From the NCBI GenBank assembly GCA_021806565.1, contig JAJZXK010000001.1:100072-164071 (forward strand): 64,000 bases of DNA, read 5' to 3'. This document shows, piece after piece, positions 27,680 to 36,083 of the stretch (its first letter is position 1; each line of letters starts with the position of its first letter). The translations under genes were made by a program, and so were the position numbers. The notes beneath the pieces were generated by a model, which was not told the origin of the DNA, ran no database searches, and saw only the letters and a program-made list of their open reading frames with translations. Source of the stretch: Bacillota bacterium. GTDB taxonomy: Bacteria; Bacillota; Sulfobacillia; RBS10-35; JAJYVN01.

Positions 27680-29029
27680 GTGCGCCGACCGAACGTAGTG
27701 GTGATCACGTGTCACGATCTTGGACGCCACCTGGGCTGTTATGGCCGCCGCACGGTGGTCTCGCCGCACCTGGACCGCTTGGCGGCCCAGGGGGTGCGGT
27801 TTAATCGCGCCTTTTGCACGGCGCCCCAATGCAGCCCCTCGCGGGCATCGCTGTTCACGGGCCGGTACCCGCATTGCAACGGCGTGCTCGGGCTGACACA
27901 CGCCAACTTCGCCTGGGATCTCCACCCGGGGGAGCGGCATCTGGCTCAGGAACTGGCGGCTGCCGGCTACGCGACCGCCCTGGTCGGAGTGCATCACGAG
28001 TCGCGGCACGGCGGGGCCGCAGATCTCATGCGGCGCTTTGGATACGGTCGAGTGTTGCCGGCTGCCAGGGCCGCAGGCGTGACCGCCGGAGCCGTCGAGG
28101 TGCTTCGGGACCTGGCCGCACAGGACCGGCCCTTCTTCCTCCAGGTCGGCTACGTGGAGCCACACCGCCTGCAAGGGTCGGCGGAAGATGGGTACATGGG
28201 TTTTTGCAGCGACTACATGCAGCCGGACCGGGAGCGGGGCGTCGAGGTGCCGGCATACCTTCGCGACACGGAGGGCGGCCGCGTCGAGGTGGCTGAACTG
28301 CAAGGGGCTGTGCGCCACGTCGACGCCGCCATCGGCGACCTGCTGGTGGAGCTGGGGCCCTTGGGTTTGGAGGAGGATACCCTGGTGGTCTTCACGACGG
28401 ACCACGGGGTGGCGCTGCCGCGCGCCAAATGCGCGCTTTATGATCCGGGCATCGAGGTGGCCCTCATCCTGCGGTGGCCCCGGGGGGGCTGGGTCGGTGG
28501 CCGTGTGACGGATGCGTTGGTGTCCAACCTGGATGTGTTCCCGACCATCCTGGAGGCGGCGGGCGGCATGCCGGATCCAGGGGTTCAGGGTCGCAGCTTG
28601 CGACCTCAGTTGGACGGTGGGCGGACCGCCGGCCGGCAAGCCGTGTTCGCGGAGATGAGCTACCATGATTACTACGACCCGCGCCGCTGCATTCGCACCG
28701 ACCGGCATAAGCTGATCGCGAACTTCAGTGCTGCGCCCGCCTTCATGGATCCTTCGCAGTCCTGGCGCCCGCGCAGCGACACCGTGGTGCCTGCCAACCG
28801 GGCCGTGGCGTACCACCCGCTGGTGGAGCTCTATGACCTGGAGCGGGATCCGCACGAGTGGGAGAACCGCGCCGATCGGGCGGAAGATCAGGAGACGCAA
28901 CTGGCCCTGCTGTCCCGCCTGGCGGATTGGATGGCCGAGACCGCCGATCCGCTTCTCCAAGGGGCGGTGACGCCGCCGATCCACCGCTGGGCCCTGGAGG
29001 CCCTCGAGGCCGCCCGCGCGCGGGGCTGA
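27680..29029 (+). CDS. sulfatase (formylglycine-dependent arylsulfatase family)
   Basis: N-terminal PNVVVITCHDLG... and C-x-P-x-R formylglycine motif (CTAPQCSPSRASLFTGRYP). Confidence 0.85.
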   Translation: MRRPNVVVITCHDLGRHLGCYGRRTVVSPHLDRLAAQGVRFNRAFCTAPQCSPSRASLFTGRYPHCNGVLGLTHANFAWDLHPGERHLAQELAAAGYATALVGVHHESRHGGAADLMRRFGYGRVLPAARAAGVTAGAVEVLRDLAAQDRPFFLQVGYVEPHRLQGSAEDGYMGFCSDYMQPDRERGVEVPAYLRDTEGGRVEVAELQGAVRHVDAAIGDLLVELGPLGLEEDTLVVFTTDHGVALPRAKCALYDPGIEVALILRWPRGGWVGGRVTDALVSNLDVFPTILEAAGGMPDPGVQGRSLRPQLDGGRTAGRQAVFAEMSYHDYYDPRRCIRTDRHKLIANFSAAPAFMDPSQSWRPRSDTVVPANRAVAYHPLVELYDLERDPHEWENRADRAEDQETQLALLSRLADWMAETADPLLQGAVTPPIHRWALEALEAARARG

Positions 29030-29132
29030 AACCGCTCTCGGGATTCCGCACCCATTGCGGCGCCGGTACTGGATCTCTTCGGGAACGGTTGCGCTCGCCC
29101 GTATCGCCCGATGGTCGTTGCGCGCGGGGCGG

Positions 29133-30128
29133 TCAGTCGGTCGCGCCGGGCCAGAGTTGCTGTTTCGGTTTCGCCCCGCCGCCGAAGCCGGCGATGGCCT
29201 GGGCATATGCCTCCAGTCCCTTTGCAGGCGCCAGGAGTTGGGCGAGGCTCAGGGTGGGCGCCAGGCGTACCGCCGCCGAGAAGGTGCCGTTGATCGCCAT
29301 CGAACCGACGATGGTCAGGTCGTTGAAGTAGACGGCATAGGGGCTGATCGGCACGCGCGCGCCCTGCGGTGCGACGCCGAACTGGAGGAAGGTCCCGCCG
29401 CGGCGCACCAGGCCCAGGCCCCGCTCGATCACGTCCGGCCGGCCCGTGGCATCGGCCACCAGGTCGAAGGATGCGATCGGTGGCTCGTCCTCGGGCGCCA
29501 CCGCGGCGTCGGCGCCGATCTCCATGGCGAGGGCACGCCGATCAGACCGCGGTTCGACGACGGTGACCCGGCTGGCCCCCTGGCGGCGCAGGACCTGGGC
29601 CAGCAGGAGGCCCATGGTTCCGCCTCCCAGGACGGCGACCGTATCCCCCGGGCGCAGGTGTGCGCGGTGGGCGCCCCACAGCGCGCAGGCGAGCGGCTCG
29701 ATCAGGGCGGCCTCTCCCCAACCGATGCCCTCAGGCAGCACATGGCAGTTGGCGGCCGGCACCGCCACCCGCTCGGCGAGACCGCCAGCGACCGTGTCCC
29801 CGATGGCGCCCCAATGCTCGCAGAGGTTGCCGCGCCTGTCGCGGCAGGCGCCGCACCGCCCGCAGGCGAGCGTCGGGTCGACGGCCACGCGCGCGCCCAG
29901 TTCGGGCGCGGCCACGCCCGCGCCGAGTTCGACCACTACTCCCGCGAACTCGTGGCCCGGGATGAGCGGATAGGGTGACGGCGGGAACTCCCCGTGCGCA
30001 ATGTGCACGTCGGTGCCGCATAGTCCGCAGGCCCGCACCTCCACCGTGACCTCGCCCGTCCCCGGCCGAGGCGGTTCCACCTCGCGGACGCCGTAAGTTC
30101 CGGGCTGCTCGACCACGATCGCACGCAT
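29133..30128 (-). CDS. zinc-dependent alcohol dehydrogenase (MDR family; threonine/sorbitol dehydrogenase-like)
   Basis: MRAIVVEQPG... catalytic Zn (CGLCGTDVHI...GHEFAG), structural Zn Cys cluster (CGRCGACRDRRGNLC), Rossmann VAVLGGGTMG. Confidence 0.82.
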   Translation of the reverse strand: MRAIVVEQPGTYGVREVEPPRPGTGEVTVEVRACGLCGTDVHIAHGEFPPSPYPLIPGHEFAGVVVELGAGVAAPELGARVAVDPTLACGRCGACRDRRGNLCEHWGAIGDTVAGGLAERVAVPAANCHVLPEGIGWGEAALIEPLACALWGAHRAHLRPGDTVAVLGGGTMGLLLAQVLRRQGASRVTVVEPRSDRRALAMEIGADAAVAPEDEPPIASFDLVADATGRPDVIERGLGLVRRGGTFLQFGVAPQGARVPISPYAVYFNDLTIVGSMAINGTFSAAVRLAPTLSLAQLLAPAKGLEAYAQAIAGFGGGAKPKQQLWPGATD

Positions 30129-30843
30129 CGCCGGCCACCATCCTTCCCGACCTGAGCGCGGCACCGTGCTTGTCACCGCTCGGACCGTCTTCGGCGCTTC
30201 CGGGCCCGGTTCCCGCCGCGCCGGGCCCGGGTGCGGTCGTGGCCAAGAGGTGGCGGCTGACGCGCTGGCGGTGGTGGCCTATGACACGGCGCCGGCGCGC
30301 AAGGTTGGCCAGGTCGTGCGCCGGAGACGGCCACTGCGGCGTGCAGCCAACTCGGCCGCCTCGGAAGCGGCGGCGCCGTCCGAACTGCGCGTGGCGGGGG
30401 GCTTCAGGGGCGAGCCAGGGTGGAAGGCCCCGGCGCTCTCCTGGCTCAGTCCTGCTTCGAACGCAGGCCGCACGGCGGAACAGCAGATGGTCCAGGATCG
30501 TCGGCGTCGGGACTTCATCATGATTCACGAACGTGTTCGGGACTACGTGCGTGATGGAGTCATGGACCACAAGGTGTATTTAGTCCACGCAGCATACCTC
30601 CACTACGCTGACTACAACACAGCGTGTGCTGGACGCGCGGCGCACCTGGGGTCGGGTGGACTACCTGGTGACGCCGGTCGCCGGCGAAGGGACCGCATGG
30701 GTCGACGGCAATCGGGTGCGCATGGTGTTCGGGGAGTCCGGAGGCCAGGAGAGCGCGGGAGGGCCCCACCACGCATCGAAGCCGATCGTCTGGCCCCCCC
30801 CCCGATGTAGCGGAGGACCCGAAAATGCGCACTGCGGGGCTGT

Positions 30844-30881
30844 ATGGGAGAGCCCGGGTGGCAAGGCCCGGGCTCTCCCAT
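30844..30881 (-). terminator. strong 15-bp perfect hairpin immediately 3' of the minus-strand ORF 30885..31484 (candidate terminator)
   Basis: ATGGGAGAGCCCGGG-tggcaagg-CCCGGGCTCTCCCAT. Begins 3 nt after the stop codon. Only a weak U-tract follows on the minus strand. Confidence 0.4.
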
Positions 30882-30884
30882 GTC

Positions 30885-31484
30885 TCAGCCCTTCTTCGCG
30901 GCGCCGACGCGTTTCCGCGCCGCCTGGCGGGTGGCGTTGGGTTGCCAGGCGAGTAGACTGCGCAGGCTAACCTCTCGCCATGTACCGCCGTCGTGTCGGG
31001 GACGCGCCAGCACGTCTCCACGGCGGATGGCACCGAGCAGACCGCCCAGAGTGACCCCGCGCATCTTCGCGGCCACGGTGGTAGAGATCCATTCATCGGC
31101 CGCGGGGTCTTCGGCTGGGTCAAATCCCGGTTCGGTGCGCAGGCTGCCATCGCGCATGCCGGCGCGATCCTCCAGGTCGCGCAACGCCTGGAATCCCGGG
31201 GTGTCCCATACCTGTCGCGTGATGACCCCGTGTGTCTCCCGCAGCCAAGGGTTATCCGGAGATTCGACCAGGTGGCTCATCGCGACCCAACCGGCGCCCG
31301 TGCGATAGGCGTCCACAGCCTTGCGCACGTAGGCAGCCTCCTGCTCCGATACGGCAGACAGGTCCAGCACCTTCCCATCCAGCAGTCGGTACGTCACGGC
31401 GCCCGCGCCCCCTTTCATCGCATTCCGTCCACACAGAATATGTACCATCACTGCAGTTTTGTCAATGAGGGGGGCCGGGCCCAT
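30885..31484 (-). CDS. hypothetical protein with possible C-terminal excisionase/MerR-like HTH
   Basis: 199-aa ORF. C-terminus STTVAAKMRGVTLGGLLGAIRRGDVLARP... resembles HTH_17/Xis-type DNA-binding domains. Sits in a lower-GC island beside tRNA-Pro. Confidence 0.35.
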   Translation of the reverse strand: MGPAPLIDKTAVMVHILCGRNAMKGGAGAVTYRLLDGKVLDLSAVSEQEAAYVRKAVDAYRTGAGWVAMSHLVESPDNPWLRETHGVITRQVWDTPGFQALRDLEDRAGMRDGSLRTEPGFDPAEDPAADEWISTTVAAKMRGVTLGGLLGAIRRGDVLARPRHDGGTWREVSLRSLLAWQPNATRQAARKRVGAAKKG

Positions 31485-31504
31485 CCGGCCCCCCTCGCCG
31501 CTCG

Positions 31505-31849
31505 CTACCGCACGGTCCGAATCTCGGGAATCCCTGCGACCTCTACGAACATCGCCTCCTGGCGGAACCGCCTGCCGGCCCAGTCAACGACCGCGAGCCA
31601 TGCGGACAGGTCCCACCAGCTTGCCAGGGCGACGACGTAGCGGCGGCTCCGATCGCGGTACGTCCGGTCGCCATCGGTCCAGCCGCCTGTCACATCGCTA
31701 TCCCGGGTCAACCCTCCCCACTGCATCAATCGAGATTCCAGTTCACGCCATGCGGACCGATCAAACGCGCTGCCGTCATTGTCTGCGACCGGGACCACCA
31801 AGGTCGTCTTGATCACGCGCTCACCTCCTTCGATGCAATCACATGGCAT
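31505..31849 (-). CDS. hypothetical protein (island ORF)
   Basis: 114-aa ORF in tandem with neighbouring small minus-strand ORFs. No recognisable family. Confidence 0.3.
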   Translation of the reverse strand: MPCDCIEGGERVIKTTLVVPVADNDGSAFDRSAWRELESRLMQWGGLTRDSDVTGGWTDGDRTYRDRSRRYVVALASWWDLSAWLAVVDWAGRRFRQEAMFVEVAGIPEIRTVR

Positions 31850-32035
31850 CGCCTGGTCAAGTGCTTTGATGAAGATTTGCAGGAAAACTGCATCAGGCCC
31901 CCGGCGCTACGCGAGCTGCTTGATGCAGTTGCGGGTGGTGTCGGCATCATGAGGCGCGCGGCCGAGAAGTGGCGAGATTCGGCGTGGACCACCGGATATG
32001 GTGCCGCGCCAGCGCCACCTGCCTGCTCGCGGGTA

Positions 32036-32386
32036 CTACCCCTGGGGTGCCGCGGCGGCGGTCGGCCCTTGGTATTCGTAGGGAGCCCAATACTCGACCC
32101 ACGTCGCATATCCGGCATCGGTTGCCGCCCAACAGGTGGTGCTGCCGACGCGACACGACCTGACCCATCCGATCCGTCGCAAGGCCACCAGCGGCCCGGT
32201 GACGGACGATATATCCTCGTTGCGTAGCGCATCCCAGGCGATCTTGTGCGACGTGACGTAGCCAGGCGGCACGGTGGACGTCTTCGAGGGAACGGGTGCC
32301 TTGTCACGTTCGCGGCAGAGTAGGTCCAACACTTTGATTTGCTTCCAGGGCATGCGTCTATTGCCCACCGGCCAGCACCTCCCCAT
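32036..32386 (-). CDS. hypothetical protein (island ORF)
   Basis: 116-aa ORF. Its start abuts the stop of ORF 32387..32764 (tandem arrangement). Confidence 0.3.
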   Translation of the reverse strand: MGRCWPVGNRRMPWKQIKVLDLLCRERDKAPVPSKTSTVPPGYVTSHKIAWDALRNEDISSVTGPLVALRRIGWVRSCRVGSTTCWAATDAGYATWVEYWAPYEYQGPTAAAAPQG

Positions 32387-32764
32387 TCATCGCGCGATCG
32401 TCCCCTTCGCCTGTCGGATCCGCCGCATCCACCAGCCCCAGCCGTGCCGCGGCGCTCGGCCGCGTGGCCACGACTGGAGACGTGCCCGCGTTGGCATCCG
32501 GCCGTCGTGGTCCAGGGCATAGGCGACGCAGTAGTCCACCTCGCGATGCCCCCACGACGGTCTGCATGCGGTGCCGCCGCCGCCGGCGATGTCAAGCCCG
32601 GAGCGGACCGCCAGCCAGGAGCCCTCGCGGTCCACCCTGCATATCCACCGGCCGGCCGGGGTCGATAGGACGGCCTGCCAAGTGCCGTCAATGAGACTGC
32701 GCTGCCAGTGCAATGGGCCTCCCCGGGGCAGCGATCGCCGGTATCTGCCCGTCACGCTCTCCAC
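32387..32764 (-). CDS. hypothetical protein (island ORF)
   Basis: 125-aa Trp/Arg-rich ORF. No recognisable family. Confidence 0.25.
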   Translation of the reverse strand: MESVTGRYRRSLPRGGPLHWQRSLIDGTWQAVLSTPAGRWICRVDREGSWLAVRSGLDIAGGGGTACRPSWGHREVDYCVAYALDHDGRMPTRARLQSWPRGRAPRHGWGWWMRRIRQAKGTIAR

Positions 32765-32922
32765 CTCCGTTCCGATCGCGCGGCAAACGGCATCACGGAC
32801 GCAGCTCGGCGGGGATCGGCAACGGCAGTTCTCCGTTGGCGATCCGCCGGCCGGGCGTCGGTCGCATGTCCGCCGGCGCCCAGCCCGTCCATCCCTGACT
32901 CTGCTGGAAGGGGGGCAGCGGC

Positions 32923-33252
32923 ATGAGCATCGGGGAGCGGATCAGGGATGCGCGGCTCCGAGAGGGACTGACGATCCGCAAGGCGGCGTAGCGCGCCGGC
33001 ATGCTGCCGCAGGCGTGGTCGCGATTGGAACGCGGTGAGGTGCGGGCTCCGCATGCGGATACACTTTCGCGGGTGGCGAAGGTGGTCGGCGATGATGCGG
33101 TGCGGGAGGAGAACCACAGCTCCTATGTGCTGAGACTGTGGGATGCCATGGGCCCCACTGACCGCGAAGCCATCCTGAGCGAGATGGTGCGGCGAGCGGT
33201 GCCTGGGTCTTTTGACAGTGCCGATGAGCTCCTGCAGGCCGCAGCCCTGTAG
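32923..33252 (+). pseudogene. XRE-family HTH transcriptional regulator interrupted by an in-frame TAG
   Basis: MSIGERIRDARLREGLTIRKAA*RAGMLPQAWSRLERGEVRAPHADTLSRVAKVV... is a canonical HTH_XRE (Cro/C1-type) pattern. In-frame amber codon at 32989-32991 within helix 2/3. The reading frame continues to 33252. Confidence 0.55.
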
Positions 33253-33332
33253 GCGCTAGGCCGCGCAGGTAGCGCGGCCTGAATGTGGTGGACCGAGGGT
33301 GGGCCGCGCAAGGCGGCCTGTGACCGGATGAC

Positions 33333-33409
33333 TGGTCGGGCTGGCCGGATTCGAACCGGCGGCCTCCTGAACCCCATTCAGGCGCGCTACCAAGCTGCGC
33401 CACAGCCCG
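33333..33409 (-). tRNA. tRNA-Pro (anticodon GGG)
   Basis: Reverse strand CGGGCTG-TG-GCGC-AGCTTGGTA-GCGC-G-CCTGA-ATGGGGT-TCAGG-AGGCC-GCCGG-TTCGAAT-CCGGC-CAGCCCG-A-CCA. 7-bp acceptor, U33, anticodon GGG, GTTCGAATCC T-loop, encoded CCA. 77 nt. Confidence 0.88.
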
Positions 33410-33660
33410 ACAATCCAGTGCGTCGCATCTGAGGCGGCACAGCGCATTCTAGCACACGAAGCCGGGGTGGCGGAAGATGGCCGGGTGGACCGGTGTTGGG
33501 CGGTGAGCCACGGATGCCGGCGCTGCGGTTGCGGGTGTTGCCGCGGCGTTGATTGACGCTCCCTGTATCCCCCGGATAGAATCCGAGCAAAAGACCGAAA
33601 ACGCAGGGGATTTCTCGGTATAGCCGGCCGGCGCGGCCTGCCGAGCGGGGAGTGTGGCCA

Positions 33661-35115
33661 ATGGCAGTACGTGTGTATATCCCGAGTCCATACCGCCAAT
33701 ACACGGAGCGGGCGACGCATGTGCAGGCGGACGCCGCCACACTCGGGGAATTGCTGCGCGAGTTGGCGGGGCGGTATCCCGAGTTGGGGGAGCGGATCCT
33801 GGATGCGCAGGGTCGCATCACCGGGCACCTCAACGTCTACGTCAACCAGGTCGAGGTGCGCAGCCTTGATGGAGAGCAGACGGTGGTGCGGGATGGCGAC
33901 GAGGTGGCGCTGATCCCGGCGATGGCCGGTGGGGAGGCGGTGGCGACGCCGCGCAAGCTCACCCAGGAGCAGTTGGAGCGTTACAGCCGACAGATCCGCC
34001 TGGCGGAGGTCGGGCTGGAGGGTCAGCGCCGGCTGCTGGACGCCAAGGTGCTCTTGGTGGGTGCCGGTGGGCTCGGTTCCCCCGCGGCGGTCTACCTCGC
34101 GGCCGCGGGCGTCGGCACGATCGGCTTGGTCGACGGGGACCGTGTCGACCTGAGCAACCTGCAGCGGCAGATCCTGCACTTCAACCACGACGTCGGCCGG
34201 CCGAAGGTGCAATCGGCCAAACGCCATATCGAGGACCTCAACCCAGACGTCCGCGTGGTCACCTTTCCCACCGTGCTGACCTCCGACAACGCCATGGACA
34301 TCCTGGCCCCGTTCGATCTGATCATCAACGGTTGCGACAACTTTCCCACCCGCTACCTTGTCAACGACGCCTGCGTCCTGCTCGGCAAGCCGATGGTCGA
34401 CGCGTCGATCCTGCAGTGGGAGGGGCAGGCCACCGTGTTCCTGCCCGGGCGCGGCTGCTACCGCTGTCTGTTCCCGGTCCCACCGCCAGCCGGCTCCGTC
34501 CCGTCCTGCGCGCAGGCCGGCATCATCGGCGCCCTGGCCGGGCACATGGGCACCCTGCAGGCGGTCGAGGCGGTGAAGGTCATCCTGGGCAAGGGCGATC
34601 CCCTGAGCGGGCGGCTGATCACCTACGACGCCCTCGCCGGGGAATACCAGTCGCTGCGGTGGAACCGCAATCCCAACTGTCCCGTATGCGGCGACCACCC
34701 GACCGTCACGGCGCTGATCGACTATGAGGGGTTCTGCGGGGTGCCGGGCGCGGACCACGATGGTGCGCACGCGGAGCCCCCGGCCAAGGAGGCCTCCCAC
34801 GACCTGTCCCCGCAGGAGGCCTGGGGGCGGGTGCAGGCGGGGGCGCTCTTGGTGGACGTGCGCGAGCCCTATGAGTATGGGGACGTGCGCATCCCGGGCG
34901 CGGAACTGGCTCCGTTCGGCATGATGCTGCAGCGTGGGCGCACCGCCCTGGATCCGGCGCAGGCGGCTGTCTTCGTATGCCGCATCGGTGAACGATCCGC
35001 CGTGCTGGTCGACCTGCTGCGCCAGGAAGGCTTCGACCAGACCTATAACCTGCGGGGTGGTTTGGTGGCCTGGGAGAACGATGGCCTGCCGCTCGAACGG
35101 ACCAAAGGACAGTGA
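33661..35115 (+). CDS. fusion protein: CysO/ThiS/MoaD-like ubiquitin-fold sulfur carrier (ends ...AMAGG) + MoeZ/ThiF-type E1 adenylyltransferase + C-terminal rhodanese
   Basis: Residues 1-92 (MAVRVYIPSP...DGDEVALIPAMAGG) have the beta-grasp MoaD/CysO pattern ending in GG. Continues in frame with no stop (EAVATPRKLTQEQLERYSRQIRLAEVG...) into the ThiF/MoeB Rossmann (LLVGAGGLGSPAAVYLAAAGVGTIGLVDGD), CxxC pairs (CYRC...CPVC) and a rhodanese domain with active-site Cys (AVFVCRIGERS). Confidence 0.85.
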   Translation: MAVRVYIPSPYRQYTERATHVQADAATLGELLRELAGRYPELGERILDAQGRITGHLNVYVNQVEVRSLDGEQTVVRDGDEVALIPAMAGGEAVATPRKLTQEQLERYSRQIRLAEVGLEGQRRLLDAKVLLVGAGGLGSPAAVYLAAAGVGTIGLVDGDRVDLSNLQRQILHFNHDVGRPKVQSAKRHIEDLNPDVRVVTFPTVLTSDNAMDILAPFDLIINGCDNFPTRYLVNDACVLLGKPMVDASILQWEGQATVFLPGRGCYRCLFPVPPPAGSVPSCAQAGIIGALAGHMGTLQAVEAVKVILGKGDPLSGRLITYDALAGEYQSLRWNRNPNCPVCGDHPTVTALIDYEGFCGVPGADHDGAHAEPPAKEASHDLSPQEAWGRVQAGALLVDVREPYEYGDVRIPGAELAPFGMMLQRGRTALDPAQAAVFVCRIGERSAVLVDLLRQEGFDQTYNLRGGLVAWENDGLPLERTKGQ

Positions 35116-36083
35116 GCCAACCGCGGCTGGAGGGAAGGGACGAGGGCATTCTGGCGGACGCCCTCGCCCTGATCGGCCGCACACCCGTGGTCCGCTTGCG
35201 GAACCTGCCGGCGCCGGACGCCGCGGAGGTCGTCTGCAAGTTGGAGTCGCTGAATCCGGGCGGCAGCGTCAAGGATCGGATCGCCGTCGCCATGGTGGAC
35301 GCGGCCGAGGCGGACGGGCGCCTGCAACCCGGCGACACCATCGTCGAGGCGACCTCGGGAAACACCGGGATCGGGCTGGCGGTGGTCGCGGCGGTGCGCG
35401 GCTATCGCCTCGTGCTTACCATGCCGGAGGATATGAGCGCCGAGCGCCGGTCGCTGTTTGCCTGGTACGGGGTGGAGGCGATCCTGACCCCGGCGCTGGA
35501 GGGCATGAGCGGGGCGGTCTTCGCCGCGGAAGAGGTGGTGCGCCGGCGTAAGGCCTTTTGGCCGCGGCAGTTCGAAAATCCGGCCAACCCGGCGGCACAC
35601 GCGGCCGCCACCGGTCCCGAACTCTGGGCCCAGTGCGACGGCAGACTCGACGCCTTCGTCGCCGGGGTGGGTACCGGGGGGACGCTCAGCGGTTGCGCAA
35701 GCTATCTGCGTTCGCGGCGGTCCGACCTGCGGGTGGTCGCGGTTGAGCCGGCCCGCAGCCCGGTGCTGGGCGGGGGCCGGCCTGGTCCGCACCGCCTGCT
35801 CGGGCTTGGCGCCGGGTTCGTCCCAGGGGTGTTTGACCGGTCGCTGGTCGATGAAGTGCTTGGGTGCAGTGACGAGGACGGGTTCGAGACCGCCCGCCTG
35901 CTGGCCTGCCGCGAGGGCTTGCTGGTCGGGCCGTCTTCCGGCGCGGCCGTCTGGGGCGCATTGCGGGTCGCCGCCGAATGCGGCCCGGGCCGGCGCGTGG
36001 CCTGCATCCTGCCGGACGGTGGGGACCGCTACGCGAGTCTGCTGCCCTGGGCCTTGCGCCGCGAGGGTGGGGGTGGGCGGTGA
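35112..36083 (+). CDS. cysM: PLP-dependent cysteine synthase (CysM/CysK family; likely thiocarboxylate-dependent)
   Basis: PLP lysine motif (LNPGGSVKDRIA), Gly-rich loop (GNTGIGLA), GTGGT. Overlaps the upstream fusion gene by 4 nt and the downstream JAMM gene (GTGA). Confidence 0.85.
   Translation: MSQPRLEGRDEGILADALALIGRTPVVRLRNLPAPDAAEVVCKLESLNPGGSVKDRIAVAMVDAAEADGRLQPGDTIVEATSGNTGIGLAVVAAVRGYRLVLTMPEDMSAERRSLFAWYGVEAILTPALEGMSGAVFAAEEVVRRRKAFWPRQFENPANPAAHAAATGPELWAQCDGRLDAFVAGVGTGGTLSGCASYLRSRRSDLRVVAVEPARSPVLGGGRPGPHRLLGLGAGFVPGVFDRSLVDEVLGCSDEDGFETARLLACREGLLVGPSSGAAVWGALRVAAECGPGRRVACILPDGGDRYASLLPWALRREGGGGR

Noticed and set aside
26573-29206. 877-aa minus-strand ORF antisense to the carboxypeptidase and sulfatase
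   Set aside because: Both sense-strand genes have clear catalytic motifs (HExxH; CxPxR). The antisense ORF has none.
30170-30900. attL/attR-type direct repeat of the tRNA-Pro 3' end at the far side of the island
   Set aside because: Only a weak 12/18 match (TGGGGTCGGGTGGAC) was found. This is insufficient to define an element boundary.
33410-33660. Possible S-box/SAM riboswitch in the 250-nt leader of the cysO-moeZ/cysM/mec operon
   Set aside because: The sequence contains GGCGGAAGATGGCCGG and GGTGAGCCA, vaguely S-box-like, but lacks the conserved GCAACC / kink-turn signature. The region must also house the divergent tRNA-Pro promoter. Not supportable without a covariance-model search.
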